Shown here piece after piece: positions 62,896-64,000 of a stretch of DNA of 64,000 nucleotides (its first letter is position 1; the number at the start of each line of letters is the position of its first letter). The DNA comes from Neoechinorhynchus agilis. Its lineage: Eukaryota; Animalia; Acanthocephala. The translations under genes and the position numbers were made by a program. The DNA lies in the NCBI GenBank assembly GCA_051530055.1, contig CM121342.1, positions 1,212,797 to 1,276,796 on the forward strand, given 5' to 3'. The notes beneath the pieces were generated by a model. That model saw only the letters and a program-made list of their open reading frames with translations, did not search any database and was not told where the DNA came from.

Positions 62896-63178
62896 ACGGC
62901 AGATTCACGGCGCTATTTACGAATGTACCGATAAAGGAAACAACTATCTTGGCCGTGGATTTACTTTCGAAACGATGTTTGGATCCCAAGCTGGATATGG
63001 ATGATTGGTTAGTACTGATTGATCATTGCACGACGTGTTCTCATTCGAAGGAAAATTCTACGACTAGACGAACGGATTTGTAATGGGATCACCGTTAGGA
63101 CCAGCGTTGGCCAACATCTATATGATCGAATATGAGAAGCAACTGAGGTTGAAGTTTCCTGTAATTCTCTACTGTACC
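62892..63178 (+). mobile_element. Penelope-like reverse transcriptase remnant (inverted relative to the adjacent endonuclease)
   Basis: FTALFTNVPIKET..DDWLVLIDHCTT..FEGKFY..GFVMGSPLGPALANIYMIEYE, with a frameshift and a stop. Confidence 0.9.
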
Positions 63179-63179
63179 G

Positions 63180-64000
63180 GTCAAGTCGACATGGATGCGT
63201 TTACAGAGTCTAATCAAAGGCACCTCCTGAATCTTGGGCCGTAATGCTTGACATTTTCCATACGTCCTAACATCATGGTCGATGTCTTTATCCATCTACG
63301 GCCCTTTTGAAACCACAATCCGTTGCAACCACATCAAAATACGGTTTTCCACTGACACCTCTAACCTTCGGTAGAAATATGGCCATAATTCTTTACCCAA
63401 CGTGCTTGGCCATCCTGATATGACGAATTCTTTTATCCCACTCAGCTCCTTGTCTTTTTTAAAAGTTAGTACTAAAGCCTCAGTGGTAATGTTAAAACGC
63501 TCTTTCTGCTCCTCCTGGATCACATGGATAAGGTCTTCTGATTGTTCGTTACTCGATGCCTTCTAATCGGCCATTCTCGATAATGTATCTGATACGTTGT
63601 TATCGTATCCCCGTATGTGGATAATTCGATTCTGCTGTTCGTCATTTTGGAAAGATCGCGATCATTCGCGAAGATGAACTGCAACGGTTTGTGATCGGTC
63701 TTCAGAGTGGACAGCCTGCCGAACAAATATTGACGGAAACGCTCCGCTTCAAATACTATTGCTAGTGCTTAGCGTTCAATTGGTGCATGATGCTCTCAGA
63801 CTCTTTTAACAGCCTTGACGCATCTTCAAACATCAGTACCAACGGTAAGTCCGTAGAATATGGGATCAATAGTTCTAGATTCTCGTTCACTCTTACTATC
63901 TTGGCCGGAATATCAAGACCCATCTCGATGATCCATGGGAGCCCGAACAATGGCATATCTATTCCCGGTACCCTTGTTACTCGCATTCGTCGTGTGACTG
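63180..64000 (-). mobile_element. Decayed Ty3/Gypsy pol (protease tail, RNase H end, linker, integrase Zn finger)
   Basis: PGIDMPLFGLPWI; TLKTDHKPLQFIF; KEFVISGWPS..PYFYRRLEVSVENRILMW..RIVV; MDKDIDHDVRTYGKCQ..KRIHVDLTG. Confidence 0.9.

Overview
AT-rich eukaryotic (metazoan-type) genomic DNA with very short introns (mostly 35-67 nt, inferred by hand from GT..AG and reading-frame continuity). The organism cannot be identified from this window. Recognisable genes: a Shaw/Kv3-type K+ channel (8963-11523,+), FAM210 (15234-15788,+), ATP6AP2/(pro)renin receptor (19454-20689,-), FAM78 (26190-27119,+), a CNG channel subunit with a degenerate cyclic-nucleotide pocket (30999-~32890,-), a single-HKD PLD6/Zucchini-like nuclease (33264-33855,+) and a tandem thioredoxin-fold protein (51691-52533,+). 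There is also a 90-aa secreted peptide gene split by micro-introns that the ORF track misses (21759-22113,-). Penelope-like element (PLE) fragments (RT and GIY-YIG) and Ty3/Gypsy fragments are scattered throughout. At least four sequence variants of minimal hammerhead ribozymes with covarying stems occur at PLE ends and in small non-coding palindromes. The right half is dominated by a 487-bp satellite (37.1-43.4 kb) and a segmental duplication (~44.9-50.7 kb vs ~53.9-62.15 kb). Each duplicate carries an array of 667-bp units, and each unit is a fossil ATG-to-TAA reading frame of 217 codons with an internal 42-aa repeat ending in RKR. All assignments come from motif recognition and manual translation; no searches were run.
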